A stretch of 64,000 bases of DNA from Eledone cirrhosa (GCA_964016885.1 OZ024745.1:129828001-129892000); one strand, 5' to 3'; positions 1-14,996 are shown, counted from the stretch's first letter. Numbers and translations are program-made. Notes: generated by a model from the letters alone, not told the origin.

Positions 1-17
1 TTACACATATCGAATAA

Positions 18-101
18 TATATATATATATACATTATATTATATATATATATTATATATATATATATATTATATATATATATATTATATATATATATATA
101 T

Positions 102-133
<32 letters not shown>

Positions 134-166
134 ATATTATATATATATATATATTATATATATATA

Positions 167-224
<58 letters not shown>

Positions 225-232
225 TATATATA
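18..232. repeat. (TA)n microsatellite with TTA interruptions
   Basis: Direct reading of the sequence. Confidence 0.95.
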
Positions 233-330
233 TAAAATAAATAAGTCAAATATGTAAAATTTGGCTTCGTTTATTACGTTTATTTGTAATAAACGAAGCC
301 AAATTTGACATATTTGACTTAATTATTTTA
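233..330. repeat. Fold-back inverted repeat (about 45-bp arms) abutting a (TA)n tract
   Basis: aagtcaaatatgtaaaatttggcttcgtttattac ... gtaataaacgaagccaaatttgacatatttgactt are near-perfect reverse complements. Confidence 0.85.
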
Positions 331-351
331 CATTATTATTTTATATATTTC

Positions 352-538
352 GGTGGATTGGCAGCATCGGTAGAGAGTCGGACGCCATGCTTTCCAGCAT
401 AGTTACGTCCCTTTACGATCTGAGTTCAAATCCCGCCGAGGTATACTTTGCCTTTCATCCTTACGGGGTCGATAAAATAAAGTACCAGTAATGCACTGGG
501 TAATTGCTGGCCTTGTGCCTAAAGTAGAAACAATTATT
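352..538 (+). mobile_element. tRNA-derived SINE, family 1 (abundant in this window)
   Basis: A-box-like tggcagcatcggtag, B-box gagttcaaatcc, central gcctttcatccttacggggtcgataaaataaagtaccag and 3' gctggccttgtgcctaaagtagaaacaattatt. About 25 copies occur in the window. Confidence 0.85.
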
Positions 539-952
539 ATTTTACGTATTTGATTTAATTATTTTCCATAACTACGGAGTAAACAAACCAACCTGCGTAC
601 ATCGTCGAGTGCTCCAATCTGCATACTCAGGTGTCGGTAAACCAACATATACTCAAAGTATATATATATATATTTAAATAATTGTGAAAACCGTATGATG
701 CACTAGAAAATTAATATTGCTTAGATAACAATAGAATCTTAACTTAGCAAATTTAATAATCCCAAATATTTTCGGGTTCGAATAACCATCATCAAGGCAG
801 TTTACCTGTGAAAAATTCAAAGGATTGATCGGAGATGACTTCTTAGGAGGGCAAATTTAAGTTCATTTTAATGACAATAGGTTAAAATTTCGAACCTGCG
901 CGTTGTGAAATGTCTGGGAAAAAGTGTATGATATATGCATGTGTATGATATA

Positions 953-987
<35 letters not shown>

Positions 988-1340
988 TATATATGTATTC
1001 CTAATTTTTACAACATTTGCAAACAATTGATAAAACAGTTTCTTTATAACAATGATATCTAGCAATAATTCAATAATAATTATGGGATTAAAGTTTCTTT
1101 CTTCATGTAATGGTAACTATTTCTTAATGAACATATATACATATGTCACAAGAATAGGATTTATATAATATTTCTTTTCTATGGTTACCTTAGAAGAGGA
1201 ATAGAACCACCTGGAGTATTTTTATTAGTATTTCGGTGTTTAATGTGGTTAATGCACACACATTGTTGCTGTACCCACACCGTTAAATAGAGTGCCTAAG
1301 ATACATAGTGTCCAATATGCTCATTATTTTCTAAGAGTGC

Positions 1341-1635
1341 AGTGGATTGGCAGAATCCGTAGAGGGTCGGACGCCATGCTTTGTAACATAGAGTTACGGC
1401 CCTTTATGGTTTGAGTTCAAGTAGAAACAATTATTCTCTAAAAGGGCGGTGGATTGGCAGTATCAGTAGAATATCAGACACCATGCTTTGCAGCATAGAG
1501 TTATGGCCCCTTCACGTTCTTAGTTCATATCCCACCGAGGTTAACTTTGCCTTTCATCCTAACGCGGTCGATAAAATAAAGCATTAGTATTTGGGGTATT
1601 TGCTGGCCTTGTGCCAAAAGTAGAAACACTAATTT
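1341..1635 (+). mobile_element. Two adjacent SINE family 1 copies (first internally deleted)
   Basis: Same motifs as 352-538. Confidence 0.8.
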
Positions 1636-2267
1636 TCTAAGAGAAAGCGTATGCTACTTATTTCTAGATGTTCGAGAGACTCAAAATTTATGAGCGATAA
1701 CAGAATATTAAAACCATTTTATTCTTTATTGTTTCTTGTAGGTTAAATTATTAACACACATATGTATACATTGTATGATTATTCAAATATCAGTTTGATT
1801 CTGAATTCGATTCTAATTTGACTTTCATATTCAACCCTTTTTTCAAAGCTGATATATTTACGAAAGCATGAGTTAATTTTAGTAGTCTCCAAGTGACTGA
1901 GTTGTAGCAGAGAGTAATTAGAGCCTTCTCGCGCCAGACACTTACTGTGGGCGTCTTGTGTCACCGACGAAATCGTACGTGAGAAAACCGTCAAAATATG
2001 ATACGGTTGTAATTAAATTATTTGTTTTGTTTATAGAATGTATATACTAAGGTTTTTACTGTTTTCTTTTCATTAGAATATCTATTATAGGTAACTTGTT
2101 CTCAGTAAAAAAAAAATATTTTAATCTACGATAGTGTTTATTTACTTAGTAATTTACATTCTATTAGTTTTTTTAAATGATACGTACACGATTTTAGCAA
2201 CTCTTTAATTTAATAGTAAGTCGTTTACTGAATTTCAGTCACTTAGATGCTTAATTCCAAACAAATA

Positions 2268-2304
<37 letters not shown>

Positions 2305-2636
2305 GCAGCAACATGTGCCCACGCGATATTTGACCAAATAGAATCTGCCTGTTCGTTGGGATTTCAAAAAACCCACTCTGAATGGAAAAAAGGGCGAGTA
2401 TTGACGTACATGGGACGCGAAACCACATCTTTGTTTTGCCGGACCAATGTATTACCATTACACCAACTTAGAACCTGTATAACAATAGCAGGTTTATATA
2501 TGTATATACATAGGGAGACATAAAGCAGGCCACGTCTAGAAACGGCTGGCGAATTTGAAATTTAGACAGAAACATACGCCGTATTTGACCAAATATAATC
2601 AGTCTGCTACTTTTTCTATATGGATCAGTTTGCTAC

Positions 2637-4200
2637 TTGTTCAACATGGATGACCTGAAGCAATTTGCAAACAGTGTTGATATTAAAATGGAGTTTCGAC
2701 TAGATAAATGCACCAAAGCCACGTTCACCAGAGGAAAGTTGCTGAGAAGTTCAGACATTAATCTTGTTTGGGAGGATGTGATAAGAAAACTTGATCAAGA
2801 AGAAACTTACAAATGCCTAGATGTTTGTGAAGGAGACGGAACCAAGCATTCGAAAATGAGGGAAAAGATAATGAAGGAATGTTACCGCAGAGTAAGAGCA
2901 ATCTTAAGAACGGAGTTGAATGCAAGGAATAAGATCGATGCCATAAACACGCTTGCCATACCAGTAGTAACCTACAGTTACAATGTCATCAACTGGTCAA
3001 GTACAGAGATCTGTAAACTCGATACGAAAATTAGAAAATTTTAACCACAGAATGCATCACCCTCAGGCAGATACAGATAGAATATATCTCCCTAGGAAAG
3101 AAGGAGGACGTAGATTAATCCAGTTGGATATTTCTTTAAAAACTGCAACATTTGGATTATCTACATATTTAAGGGAAGCACATGATTGGATGATCAAACT
3201 CGTTTTGAAACAAGAAAGCAATAAAATATCATACACGATTACAAAGGATGCTCATAGATACAACAATGAACTACACATTTCAGAAGTTCCCTTTACTGTT
3301 GAAATGAAAAACAAAGAAAAAGCAAAACAGGTAAAAGTAACTGCAAAGAAAGAACTACTAAAGAAACTGGCTAGGCAATGGCAAGAAAAGCCTATGTGTG
3401 GAAAATACCCAGAAAGAGCTAACAATCCTGATGTTGACAAAACTTTAACCCATCAGCGGTTGGCATAATACGGACTGAAATCGGAGACTGAAGGACTTAT
3501 TATATCAGCACAAGATCAGTGTCTGCTAACATCATCAAAAATGGATGCAACCCATTATACCGTGTATGAAAAAAACAGAGACCATTGATCATATAATCTC
3601 AATATGCAGTCCTATAGCTCCAACCAAATACCTAAACAGGCACGACACAGCGACACAATACATACATCGGGTAATGTGTAAGCATTTTGACCTGCCCCAT
3701 TAAAAGAATTGAAAAAGGTAATATCTCAATTTTGTTGAACTTTAGCATTCAAACAGACCGAAAAATAGATGCAAATAGACCTGATATAATACTGAATGAC
3801 TTTAAAAAGAGGGTATGACCGTTCCTATATACAAGAATCTATTTATAAAACATTTGAAAAATTGAGCAAGTATAAAGACCTCGAAATAGAGATCGGAAAA
3901 ATGTGGGAGTTGAGAACTAAAACAATACCAGTGGTTGTAGGCGCTCTAGGAATGATACCTAGGGGTCTCATGATTACTTATCCCAAACACCAGGAAACGC
4001 GCGCATAGAAGAAATACAAAAGATAGTACTAATGGGAACTGTCCATATTCTAAGGAATATTCTGTCAATATAAATACATCACAAGTGTAAGCCTCCAAAG
4101 ATACATGTGTGTGCGTGTTTTTCTTGAACATGGCGGAGCTAGTTGTCTCTTGGGTCACTGGTTGTGACTTGGTAATAACTTGTATGAATAATATGGATAA
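2637..4200 (+). mobile_element. 5'-truncated, decayed non-LTR retrotransposon with restriction-like endonuclease (R4/Dong-like), plus 3' UTR
   Basis: RT C-terminal/thumb peptides (KMEFRLDKC, ELNARNKIDAINTLAIPVVTYSY, RIYLPRKEGGRRL), TDRKIDANRPDII, KYKDLEIEIGKMW..TIPVVVGALG and terminal IQKIVLMGTVHILRNILSI*. Several frameshifts and stops. Confidence 0.85.
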
Positions 4201-4285
4201 ATTTATATATGTGTGTGTGTAAACACCCCTCTTTTCTCCCATATATATATACTATAAGAATAAAGGAACAAAAATCAGTGTTGCA

Positions 4286-5006
4286 ATATATTACATATGT
4301 TTCATTATCGATCAGCTCGAGGAACGACCTATTATTGATCAAACCTGACTCTGGAATCTAAAGATTGTCAGATATGCTTCCGTATGTGATCTCGTCTCCG
4401 ATTCTGTGTGCGAATCAAAGGAAAAACATACCTACACATATGTATGTATGTGTATATGTGTTATATGAGTATATGTAGGCGTCTGCATGTGAGTACATGC
4501 GTGCCAGAGATATGTATGTGTAAGTCGGTATCTGTCTTGTCTTTCATGTCCGAACCCTAGCCATCTACTCCCCACTACCTGTCAAGGACAGCGGACCCTA
4601 AATGTGACTTATAGCCTAGCGAACGTTTCAAGCAAGTTTAGCAGTGGGAGGCAAGCAGGCGGTCTTCCATGCATGAATGCACATAATAGCTTCACCGGAT
4701 GAGAGATAGACGTTACTTCGAAGATAGACTGATGATGTTGATGAAATAATTGCTTTTACTTTTGACACAAGGCCAGCAGTTAGTCCAGTGTATTACTGGT
4801 ACTTTATTTGATGGAATAATGAACCAATGAGTGGACGTTGTTAGAATGTGCTGAAAATAACAACCGACTGGAGAAATTCGCACACAGAATCGGAGACGAG
4901 ATCACACATGGAAGCATATCTGACGATCTTTCGATACCAGAGTCAGGTTCGATGAATAATAGGTCGTTCCTCGGGCTGATTGATAGTGAAACATATGTAA
5001 TATGTT
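4286..5006. mobile_element. Inverted-repeat Penelope-like remnant (arms about 4286-4415 and 4876-5003) carrying HHR motifs
   Basis: The arms are diverged reverse complements of about 130 bp, each with a hammerhead motif. Confidence 0.7.
4913..5006 (+). ncRNA. Type I hammerhead ribozyme motif
   Basis: agcatat-CTGACGA-long stem II-GAAA-catatg (palindromic stem III)-TA-atatgtt. Stem I is 7 bp including one G-U, with a GUA cleavage triplet. The opposite arm has a mutated core (CTGACAA). Confidence 0.8.
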
Positions 5007-7079
5007 ATTATATATGTTATCATGCAACAGAGACTCTTTATTACTTTATTCTATATTAATATAATCTGCACTGCATGAGCAACGTGTGCTCACCCGGCAT
5101 ACCGCCTACAGACGCAGTTTTTTTTGCACCCATACACCTATATATATATATACACACACACACATATATACATACATATATATGTGTGTAGACAACCCTA
5201 TCTACCACCACAAATATACATACATAACATACCTAAACCAGTTTTGCAACGGATTGTCCTTTTCTTATGTTTTAATTCATAAGAGGATTTATATTTTATT
5301 TTTATTGTTTACAACATACGTTAAATTAATGTTATTGAATACATAGGGGTGTATGAAGACCTATATATATGATTTTGCAATGAAAGGTGTATTATCATAT
5401 TATACTATTTACCACCTATTTAGAAACATCAAGATAATTACCCCAAATTTTTATATTATATTGTTGAAAGGATATATTGTTGAGATATATATGTTGAGAT
5501 ATATATTAAAAAAATAAATTATTCATAAGCTAATTAGAAATTTTGTTTTACGCACATTGAATTAACTAATAAGAGGATATATATTTTAGAACTATATAAT
5601 AATATTAGTAATATGATATGATATGATATGTTATAATTTTTGGAGTTAGATTTTAACTTCTATAAATATGTATTAACAAGGCCGCATATATTATTGGGTG
5701 GTTTTTTAATTTTTGTTTTAACGACATTTGAATTATTGACATATTTCCTATAAACACTGTTTTTCTTTAAAAAAAAAAGCCTCTAATCATATACTATCTT
5801 ATTTCCCTATCTTTTATAATTCATACACAAGCATTGGAATTCTATAATAACACCACTGGTTAGAAATATCAACGAGACAATATGTCTATAAACGCACTGT
5901 CATTTGCATATTGAAAATATAACCTGTAAATTAACTACGATAGCTTCGGGGGCACTATTGTAGTATTTCAATTCCAGAAAATAACAGTGGCATTTAGGAG
6001 TATATAATGAAGAAATAACGAACAATAAATATACTACTAATGTATTAGTCTTTTATATTCTACCGTTTCATAGCTAACTTTGTGAAGCTGATGTAGGCAA
6101 CATCCCATACTTCCCTATACCAACGTAAATTCGAATTATGCTCTACTCGTTACGAATCTTACACTGATACTACTTACTACTGTATTGTATATTTTTAAAT
6201 ATAGTTTAGTATGTCTTGTTCGCACCACTTCATTTTAAATAACACTACGTATTTGGACAAGTAGAAAACGCTCGGCGCCATAGAGAGGATGGAAGACACA
6301 TGAACTTTTAAAGATTAATTGGAGAATACTGGTGATAAAATACCGTCTCATTTAAAATATAACAGAATCCACATTAAATAATGAATTAATTATTAGTTTC
6401 ATTCTGGCCACATTTTATTGAAGTCATTTATTTTAATTTCAGAGAGGATGCAGTATCTCTCCCTTACACTGTCTATTGTATTCTCCCTACAGCCTCTTTA
6501 AATGTTTGGTGCCTTTAAATGGCAGGTGACATTCACAGACACCCTTAAAATTATGCATCGACAGGCCTCTTTCAACTATATCGTTTCAACCTGTAATGCT
6601 TCACGAACGCTTAGTTATTTCAAACTATATTCGTACATTAAATCATTTACATACGGGCCTAATTTTAAAATACTTGTTTTTCTCTAATTGCTTCAACGGG
6701 GGAGGGACTTGTTCGATTTAGGAGGCTGTAATAGTCATTCAAAATGACCTCGGTTTGGAATTACAAGGAAAATTGAATTATTTATGGCGGGCAGTCTATG
6801 CTAAATGACATAGAAAATCTTTGTTTTTATGCGAGGTCATGTAGAGGAGAAAGAAAATAAACATAAAACATCAATAAATAACAGATAAACATGTGTTAAA
6901 GTGCAAAGTCTTGTCAAACATACACTGTTTATGTCAACGATATGAAAACTATAAAGAAATTGAAATTATTTTAACGGAGCACAATTAAATTTTTCATTAG
7001 CTTCACATATACAAAGACACACACATCACACACACACACTCACATACACACACACGCGCACACACACACACATACGCAC

Positions 7080-7154
<75 letters not shown>

Positions 7155-7432
7155 GAACAGATTAAAGTTTACGCAAAGAATCGCTGGTTTCATACTTAAC
7201 GGGAGGTTCTGAAATAAAAAAAATCAATCTGTGAACGCAGAAGTAAATATATATATGTTAATATATATATATGTGTGTGTGTGTGCGTGTGTGTCTGTGT
7301 GCGTGTGTGTGAGTGTGTATGCAATTTTGGTTTGGCAGTAATTGTTTTGATTACCGGATGAGGTACCAATCGATGTGATAGACCTGACACCCACAACAAT
7401 CTGATTGTCAGACGTGTGGGCTCAACTATGAG

Positions 7433-7469
<37 letters not shown>

Positions 7470-7600
7470 GAGGTTGTATTTAATTTGTTGGGATTCAACA
7501 AGCTTAAACATTTTTATAACTGATATAAAGCACTCAAAAAATTAGTGGAGTAAATATTCAATATATTAATAAATGGAAACTATATTTATAAAACCATAAT

Positions 7601-7666
7601 TATTTTATTATATATTTTTCAAGGGCAACCAAGGCAAATTATGGTGCGCTTTCATCAGATAAAATA
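7601..7666 (-). ncRNA. Type I hammerhead ribozyme motif (left arm)
   Basis: Reverse complement reads tattttat-CTGATGA-stem II-GAAA-aatatata-TA-ataaaata. Confidence 0.65.
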
Positions 7667-7800
7667 CAGATTTGTTTTATAAATAAATATTGACATACCC
7701 GGAAAAAAGACAACCTTAACGGTTGACTATCCAGTAGGCTTCAACCGTTGAGGTTGTCTTTTTTCCGGGTATGTCAATATTTATTTATAAAACAAATCTG

Positions 7801-7868
7801 TATTTTATCTGATGAAAGCGCACCATAATTTGCCATGGTTGCCATTGAAATATATATATAATAAAATA
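7801..7868 (+). ncRNA. Type I hammerhead ribozyme motif (right arm)
   Basis: tattttat-CTGATGA-aagcgcaccat..atggttgccatt-GAAA-tatatata-TA-ataaaata. Stem I is 8 bp and stem III is palindromic. Confidence 0.75.
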
Positions 7869-7906
7869 ATTATGGTTTTATAAATATAGTTTCCATTTAT
7901 TAATAT

Positions 7907-7951
<45 letters not shown>

Positions 7952-8367
7952 TTTTACCTACCTATCTATCTATCTCTCTAACTATATATATAGTGAAAAG
8001 GTTAAGAAATGAAATTATTCTGTACACATTACGATGTATAGGATAAGTAACAATAACTTATTAACGAAGCTATTAATGATTTTGTTTTATATGTACATGG
8101 ACATTTACAATACGCCCAATTACAGAATCTTCTAAAATACCCCTAAACATACTTTTCTTTAGAATAGCTAAATATGCTATATATGGACATAAAACGTTTG
8201 AATATACTAAAGAATCTTAGAAATACGGAGTCCTACTAACGTTGAATGATCTCAACAATATTCACAATACCGAGGAAGATAAGTCTCAGACCGATAAATA
8301 AGAAAGCAGGAACACAAAAATAACTGCTACAAACAGTATCTCTCAAAATATACAAAATACAATAGAA

Positions 8368-8550
8368 ATAATTGTTTCTACTTTTGGCACAAGGCCGGCA
8401 ATTACCCAGTACATTACTGGCATTTTATGTTATCGACTCCATAAGGATGAAAAGCAAAGTTAGCCTCGGCGGGATTTGAACTCAGTTCGTAAAGGGACAT
8501 AACTCTATGTTGCAAAGCATGGCGTTCCACCCTCTACTAATACTGCCAAA
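8368..8550 (-). mobile_element. SINE family 1
   Basis: Reverse complement of the family motifs. Confidence 0.8.
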
Positions 8551-9724
8551 TGAACCCAAGAGCAAGAAAAAAGGAAAATATATATACAAGGATATTGATA
8601 ATCAAATGGAAACCGAAATCATTCCAACAACCATAACAACCTCGAAAAGACACAGAACATATTTATAAACTACGGAAACTGGCGGGAATGAGCAGTTAAT
8701 TTCATTATGAGAATGTCAGTTAAACGAAACCAGCTTCTCAGATGATGAAGTACGACTTTGAAAGGAATACAGCTCGTAAACCTGTTTTTGTAGAAACTAG
8801 AAGTGAACAACGCTAACATCTATGATATTATCTAGGGAATGCCCATTACAGTTAAGGGTTACACCCAACCCAACCTCATGGTAGAATTCAATGGTGTGGT
8901 TTGGGAATTTACCTTAAAGTTTATGATGGATGATTGATTCAACCAAATCGCATACAATGGCACTGTTCTTCGATCCCATCAATATATCTAAGGATCATCC
9001 AGGGTGTTGATTTTTTTTTTAAATGAAGAAGACCGATTTGTAAATAGGAGAGTCTGTCTAGCGTGCAAAAAAATTTCTCCTTCTTGGTCCATCATTGCAC
9101 CAAATCGACGGGCGAACTATAAAAGCTTTAGCTAATAGTGAACTACTGATGCAGAACTGAAAATATGTTATATCGAAGTGGTAAACCTGGCTTCCTTTCC
9201 TATGGAATGATATTGAACGAGCCTATCACAGAAACACTTTTTTTTCACTTTAATAATATAGTATTATACTCGGTACGTATATGTATCCCTCTTAATATTT
9301 TCTTACTGGCTAATACTATATAGAATCTAGCGGAGTTAATTAATTTACAACTATTATGAAAGTCATTTGTTTGTGTGTGTGTGCGCATGTGTGTATGTGT
9401 GATTGTGTGTAAGCGTGAGTTTGTGTATATAACGAAAATACGATTGAGATGAAGAAAGGGAAACTTTCTACAAAATAAATGAACATGGTATTGTCTCATA
9501 TATGCAAAAATAAAGTAAAAACTTCGAGGAGCTGAGCTAGTTCTTGCTATTAGAAGACAATCATTTTTCTCTAGTGTTCTTTTAAAAATTGAAAAAAATA
9601 TAATTGTAATAATAATAATGTGAGATCATCGAAACGTGGGAATATGACAATGGCAAATTTATCTTTTATTTGTAAATTTCAGCTGCGTAATTTTATCAGA
9701 AAAACATGTACGCCTAAAGAGGAG

Positions 9725-9890
9725 TGAGGGTCTGACGCGATACTTTGCAGCAAAGAGTTATATTCCTTTATGGTTTGAGTTCAAATCCCACCGAGGTTAA
9801 CTGTGCCTTTCATCCTAACGTCGTCGATAAAATAAAGTACTAGTAATACACTGGGATAATTGCTAGCCTAGTGCCAAACGTAGAAACAGT
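9725..9890 (+). mobile_element. SINE family 1 (5'-degraded)
   Basis: B-box, central domain and 3' end present. Confidence 0.75.
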
Positions 9891-10159
9891 TATATAGATA
9901 AATAGAGGCGAAAAACTGATGGTGATTATGAATATCAAAATAAGACGGAGAAAACTACATGTGGGGAATTCTCTTCATGCTACATGGTCATAGGTTAATG
10001 ATTCTCATCTTAAACACCAACTTCCATATATAATTTCTGTTGTTACTACAAATAACTGTAGATTTCAAATCTCAAACTCAGATAGGCATTTACCTAGTAT
10101 GTTCAACTTCAAGACACGTCTTCTTCTTCTTCTTCTTCTTCTTCTTCTTCTTCTTCTTT

Positions 10160-10680
10160 GACTTTCATCGGGACTGATAGAATTGAGTACCAGTAACGCA
10201 CTGGGGTCGATTCAATCGACTTTCCTGTCTCCCAAAGTTGCTGGCCTTGTGCCTAAATCAGAAACCAGCATTATCATTATTGACGTTAAGGGAGGTCGAT
10301 TGGCAGTATCGGTAGAGAGTCGGACGCCATGCTTTGTAGCATAGAGTTACGGCTCTTCATGATCTGAGTTCAAATCCCGCCCAGGTTAACTTTTCCTTTC
10401 ATCCTTACGATACGAGGTTGATAAAATAAAGTACCAGTCACGCACTGGCGTCAATTTGATCGACTATCCCATCCCCTCAAATTGCTGGCCTTGTGTCTAT
10501 ATAAGAAACCATTATTATTGACGTTCATTGACGCATAGAGTTACGGCCCTTGCCATTCTGAGTTCAAATCCCGCCGAGGTTAACTTTGCCTTTCATCCCT
10601 ATGGGGTCGATAAAATAAAGTACCAGTAATGTACTGGCTAATTTGCTGGACTTGTGCCAAACGTAGAAACAATTATTATT
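10160..10680 (+). mobile_element. Cluster of three SINE family 1 copies (one full, two partial) after a (CTT)n tract
   Basis: Family motifs recur at about 10160, 10289 and 10533. Confidence 0.8.
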
Positions 10681-13642
10681 GACGTTCATTTTATTTCTGA
10701 GATGTTAGAATGCAGAAACATGTGTCAAATATTTCAATGATCTCCCGGTAAGCAAATTCCTATTCTTTTATTTCTATTTTTACTCAGCCCTCCTTGTCTT
10801 GTCACAGAATTCACTAACATATATAGAAGCAATTACTGACAGAAATAACAGATGGCTGCTTGCTGAAACTCAACATTGAATATACGAAGCTTTTGCAAAC
10901 AGAGAACAGGTGTTCTCCAGGTCAGCTCCCAAAGAAACCACTCCAGCATTATATGACCCTATTCTATACACAGCCACTTAAATTTTTCATCAGCATTTCT
11001 CTCACAAATATATGTCTCTATGATATTTTCATAACTTTGGGCTTTTCTTAACTTTTGTTTTTGTTCTTCTTCACCACATGAGCTCATATTGTTTTATATA
11101 AGTTTGAGTTGGTGCTGTGATGTTAATGTTAAGATGGAATTATTCTCGACACAGTCTTGAAGACGATTGGCCTATTTGTCAGTGTCATTCGCAACAAATA
11201 GATTGTCAACATGCCGGCACTAGATGATAAAGTTGTATTTAGCGGCAATTGTTTTCCAGGTTAGCCATGTCGAATGACAGATTATTCATGTCGAATGACA
11301 TGAATCTGCGCCCAATATTTGAGCATATAGCTACGCTACCCTCTGTATGTAAATACTTCCTTCTTACGTCAACTCAGTCCAGAAGAATATTCTATTTTTA
11401 AACATAAACCTAGGAAGAATGACGAAAAACTATATCTTGACTATTTATAATAATCTCACAGGCAAATGTCTATGCATCGAAGCAAAATGTGAGCGTCACG
11501 AAGGATACAAAATGCCTGTAACTAAATCCTTCACTACATGGTTTTTAAATTCTCATCCACATTAGTTAACAATGGGTATTCTCACACATGTAGATTATGG
11601 CATATAACAATGTAAGCAGAGATTTAGTAATATTAATATAACATACTGTATGCAGTGCCAACAAAACGACGCACGCATTATACTAAAATAATGAAGCACA
11701 CCTTAGTTATCGAATTGATGAAGAACTTAATAAAAATACCTGGGAAAATAAAACGTGCAATGATTGAAAATAAATTCATAATTTGATCATACTACGAATA
11801 TATCAAATTATAAACCTCTTAATTAATAGGCAACCACAGTATGATAAACGACAAGTCGTACTACATGAGACCAATTTGATTTATAAATTTCAATGCAAAT
11901 ATGAATTTCATGACGAAACGTGAAACAGAAATCACGCAAGCTCTACACTTCGTATCGGCGAAAGTTGTACTTTAAAATGGTTCCATCATCTTACATAAAT
12001 ACACACAAACAAATTATATAGGCTTACATTTTTTGCTAACACTTGAGTTCTGTATTGAATTCCACAATATACTAATATAATATAAGCCATAAAGTAATAC
12101 ACAAAACCATTTATAATACATTTGATATTTCAAATGTTGAGAACATTTTAATTAGCTGTCTTTGACTTCCAGCCCTCTTCATGATATTCTAGATCTCAGC
12201 TAAGCTCCTGATCAATACGCCACTCATAAGATTATTCTGATTCTGAAGATGTGATCGTGAATACTTCGAAACGATATACCAAATAGATTTAGGAATGACA
12301 AATATCCTAATTAGTAGGATCAATCTGGAGAATGAATGAGTTTTCATCTTGCAGACACACATGCACACACATACACTGACAAACACTCTCTCTCTCGCTC
12401 TCTCTCACACACACATACACCTACACCCACATAGGCACACACCCACACACACGCCCGCACACTTTCTGTCTCTCTCACCTACACACACACAAACAAACCT
12501 ACATACACACGACAAGATAAAAGAAAAAAACAGATTTTCCAAAAGAAATCATTACCAAATTACCAAAGACATTTTTTTAATGGTTCGAAATTAGAGATTT
12601 TCGCCAAAAGAAATGTTTTTTCTTCTTTTGAATATTTCAATAGAAATTCCAGTAAACTCTTTTTTGAGAAATGTACCCCCAACCCCCTGCTAAAGGAAAC
12701 ACTTTCAATCACGTTTATATCTGTTTTGATTTTTTTATTCTTGCATTTATTCTAATTTTTACCTACAAACTCCAAAATTCAAATGCTATCAAAACTCTAT
12801 CTGTATATTATTTTCAAAAGAAAGCGATTTTTCTACTTAAATCCTGACCTGTTGAATCCTACATGGTTCCCCACCACTCCAGCTACATTAAGATATGATG
12901 ATTGCAAAATATGAAAACATATGTTTTCATATCAATTAATCCTTTTTTATTGAGTTTGGCAGAAGCTAACGAAACCGGTAATTTGATAAATTAACACATA
13001 AAAAAAAAGATACGAAGAAAGCTGCACTATCATGTCGAACTTGCTGTTCACAACTGTTCAACTACACCGTATCAGAACAACTTTAATATCAACATTAATA
13101 TCACAGAACGTGAATGTCCTAAAAAACAGAGAAAGGCGGAGAAGATCAGAGAAATGAAGACACTAACAAAAGTACGCTAAAGTACTTTCATTCCAAAATA
13201 GCCTGGACTGTACAGTTTTCACCCATGAAAGAATTTGCTGATTAGAATTATTAAACATCGATAAATTTAGAACTAATGGGGTTCGTTTGCAGGTTTTACA
13301 AAAGATAACCCATATTCTCTGCCAAAATTTGATAAGCCCTCGTATGCTGCCCGAGTGACTGCTGTGTATTCTATAGCAATGTGAGAGAACGGACAGCTAT
13401 TGGCTAGGTTGGTTGAACCATGCTAATTATCGAACACCTTGCTCGACCAATCGACATGCGCAAATATATATATATATAGTAATATTAAATGTGAAGACTA
13501 TGAAAGCTGCGATTCTTTGCTTAGACTTTAATCTGTTCTTATAATATATATATATAGTAATAATAATAAATTAGAAGATTAAAATCCAAAGGGGGCTCGA
13601 TAAGGATAAATATATATCAAATATATAAGAACCGTAGAGCAA

Positions 13643-13780
13643 ATATTTATTAAAATAACAGATTAAATTTTAAGCAAAGAATCGCTGCTTTCACCCTTAA
13701 CGGGATCTTCAGAAGATCCCGTTAAGGGTGAAAGCAGCAATTCTTTGCTTAAACTTTAATCTGTTATATTAATAAATATA
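13643..13780. mobile_element. Fold-back palindrome centred on a hammerhead core. Related fragments at about 7150-7205 and 13500-13545.
   Basis: Arms meet at gatcttc-a-gaagatc. The minus arm reads CTGAAGA-t-ccc-gttaa-ggg-t-GAAA-gca..tgc-TT, with the 5' strand of stem I lost at the fold. Confidence 0.7.
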
Positions 13781-14078
13781 TATATATATATATATATCAA
13801 CCCTGGACGTATCAATGAATTGCGGCAAGTGGAGGAAATTTCCTTTCTTCATGTTGTGTGTATTTTTCTGCTCATCTTTTAGTTATCTAGTGAGGTCATA
13901 ACTGTTGCATAACAGTTGTCATCGAAGTGTATATATATCACATGATTAGGAATAAATGAAATACAATTTAACCTGTTGACTATTTTTCATTATTATTATT
14001 ATTTTAATCCGAGGTATACTTCCATGAGTGTTTTATCCTGTATCCAATAGTGCCGCTGATTAAGTAACATCTACTTTC

Positions 14079-14429
<351 letters not shown>

Positions 14430-14432
<3 letters not shown>

Positions 14433-14996
14433 ATCCCAGTACAACCTGTCTCATGGTCGGGTCGTTGGCGACTAAACTGGCAACCCCACCAAGGTTTCTT
14501 GGTGAGGAGGGTACTTTGGACATCCTGCAGGACTAAAAACAAAACCTGTCAAAGGAGTTCTTAAGAGTCAATGGCCATCCAAAATCACTGGGAGAGATGA
14601 CCCCATAGTCTTTGTCAAGGCAGAATTCTAGGAGAAGGAAAACTCTGATATAACACCTGCAACTCTGATGGTATCCAATCATGTTGACTTGTTCTTCTTT
14701 TGGTAAATATCCACTTGGTTAAGAGAGTGGGACTGGCTTTGTGCAGTGCCTTTGCTCACTATAAAAGCTTCACGGCACAGGCATTGCTTTATATCTGGAG
14801 ATCTCTCTGCACTTGTCGTCACATGGTACCATGGGCCCAGCACTATGTGTCAATAATTGTCACAAGTGTAGTGTTTGTACCAGAGTTTTCAAGTCGCTGG
14901 CTGGACTAAAAAGTCACACTCGTTCAGCGCATCGGTAGGAGTTCTCCTACATGGATAAGTAGTGGCCGTACTCGAAAACGAGTTGGCAGCCACCAT
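14430..14996. mobile_element. About 570-bp interspersed repeat (family B), unclassified and inserted in (TA)n
   Basis: Homologous copies at about 52838-53158 (partial), 53835-54411 and 55093-55670. Confidence 0.75.

Larger units (their letters stand above)
7559..7910. mobile_element. Fold-back palindrome (about 168-bp arms, 14-nt spacer), Penelope-like 3' end, between (TA)n tracts
   Basis: Near-perfect inverted arms, each with an HHR. Stem I resembles that of the GIY-YIG-linked element at 44328-46167. Confidence 0.8.

Noticed and set aside
352-440. tRNA genes suggested by A/B boxes
   Set aside because: There is no cloverleaf, and these are SINE heads continuing into a shared body.
760-810. 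HHR-like motif on the minus strand (TTGATGA-tggtt..aaccc-GAAA-atat-TT)
   Set aside because: Stem I is only 2 bp and the core is mutated. It may be a decayed copy but cannot be supported.
1955-2000. ccgacga..gaaaaccgtc hammerhead-like words
   Set aside because: No stem I pairing and the core is altered.
2540-2585. acgg-CTGGCGA..GAAA-catacg-ccgt
   Set aside because: It lacks the UH cleavage dinucleotide and is too degenerate.
14433-14482. Possible HDV-like ribozyme at the end of family B
   Set aside because: P2- and P3-like helices are present, but the P1/P1.1 spacing does not fit the HDV fold.
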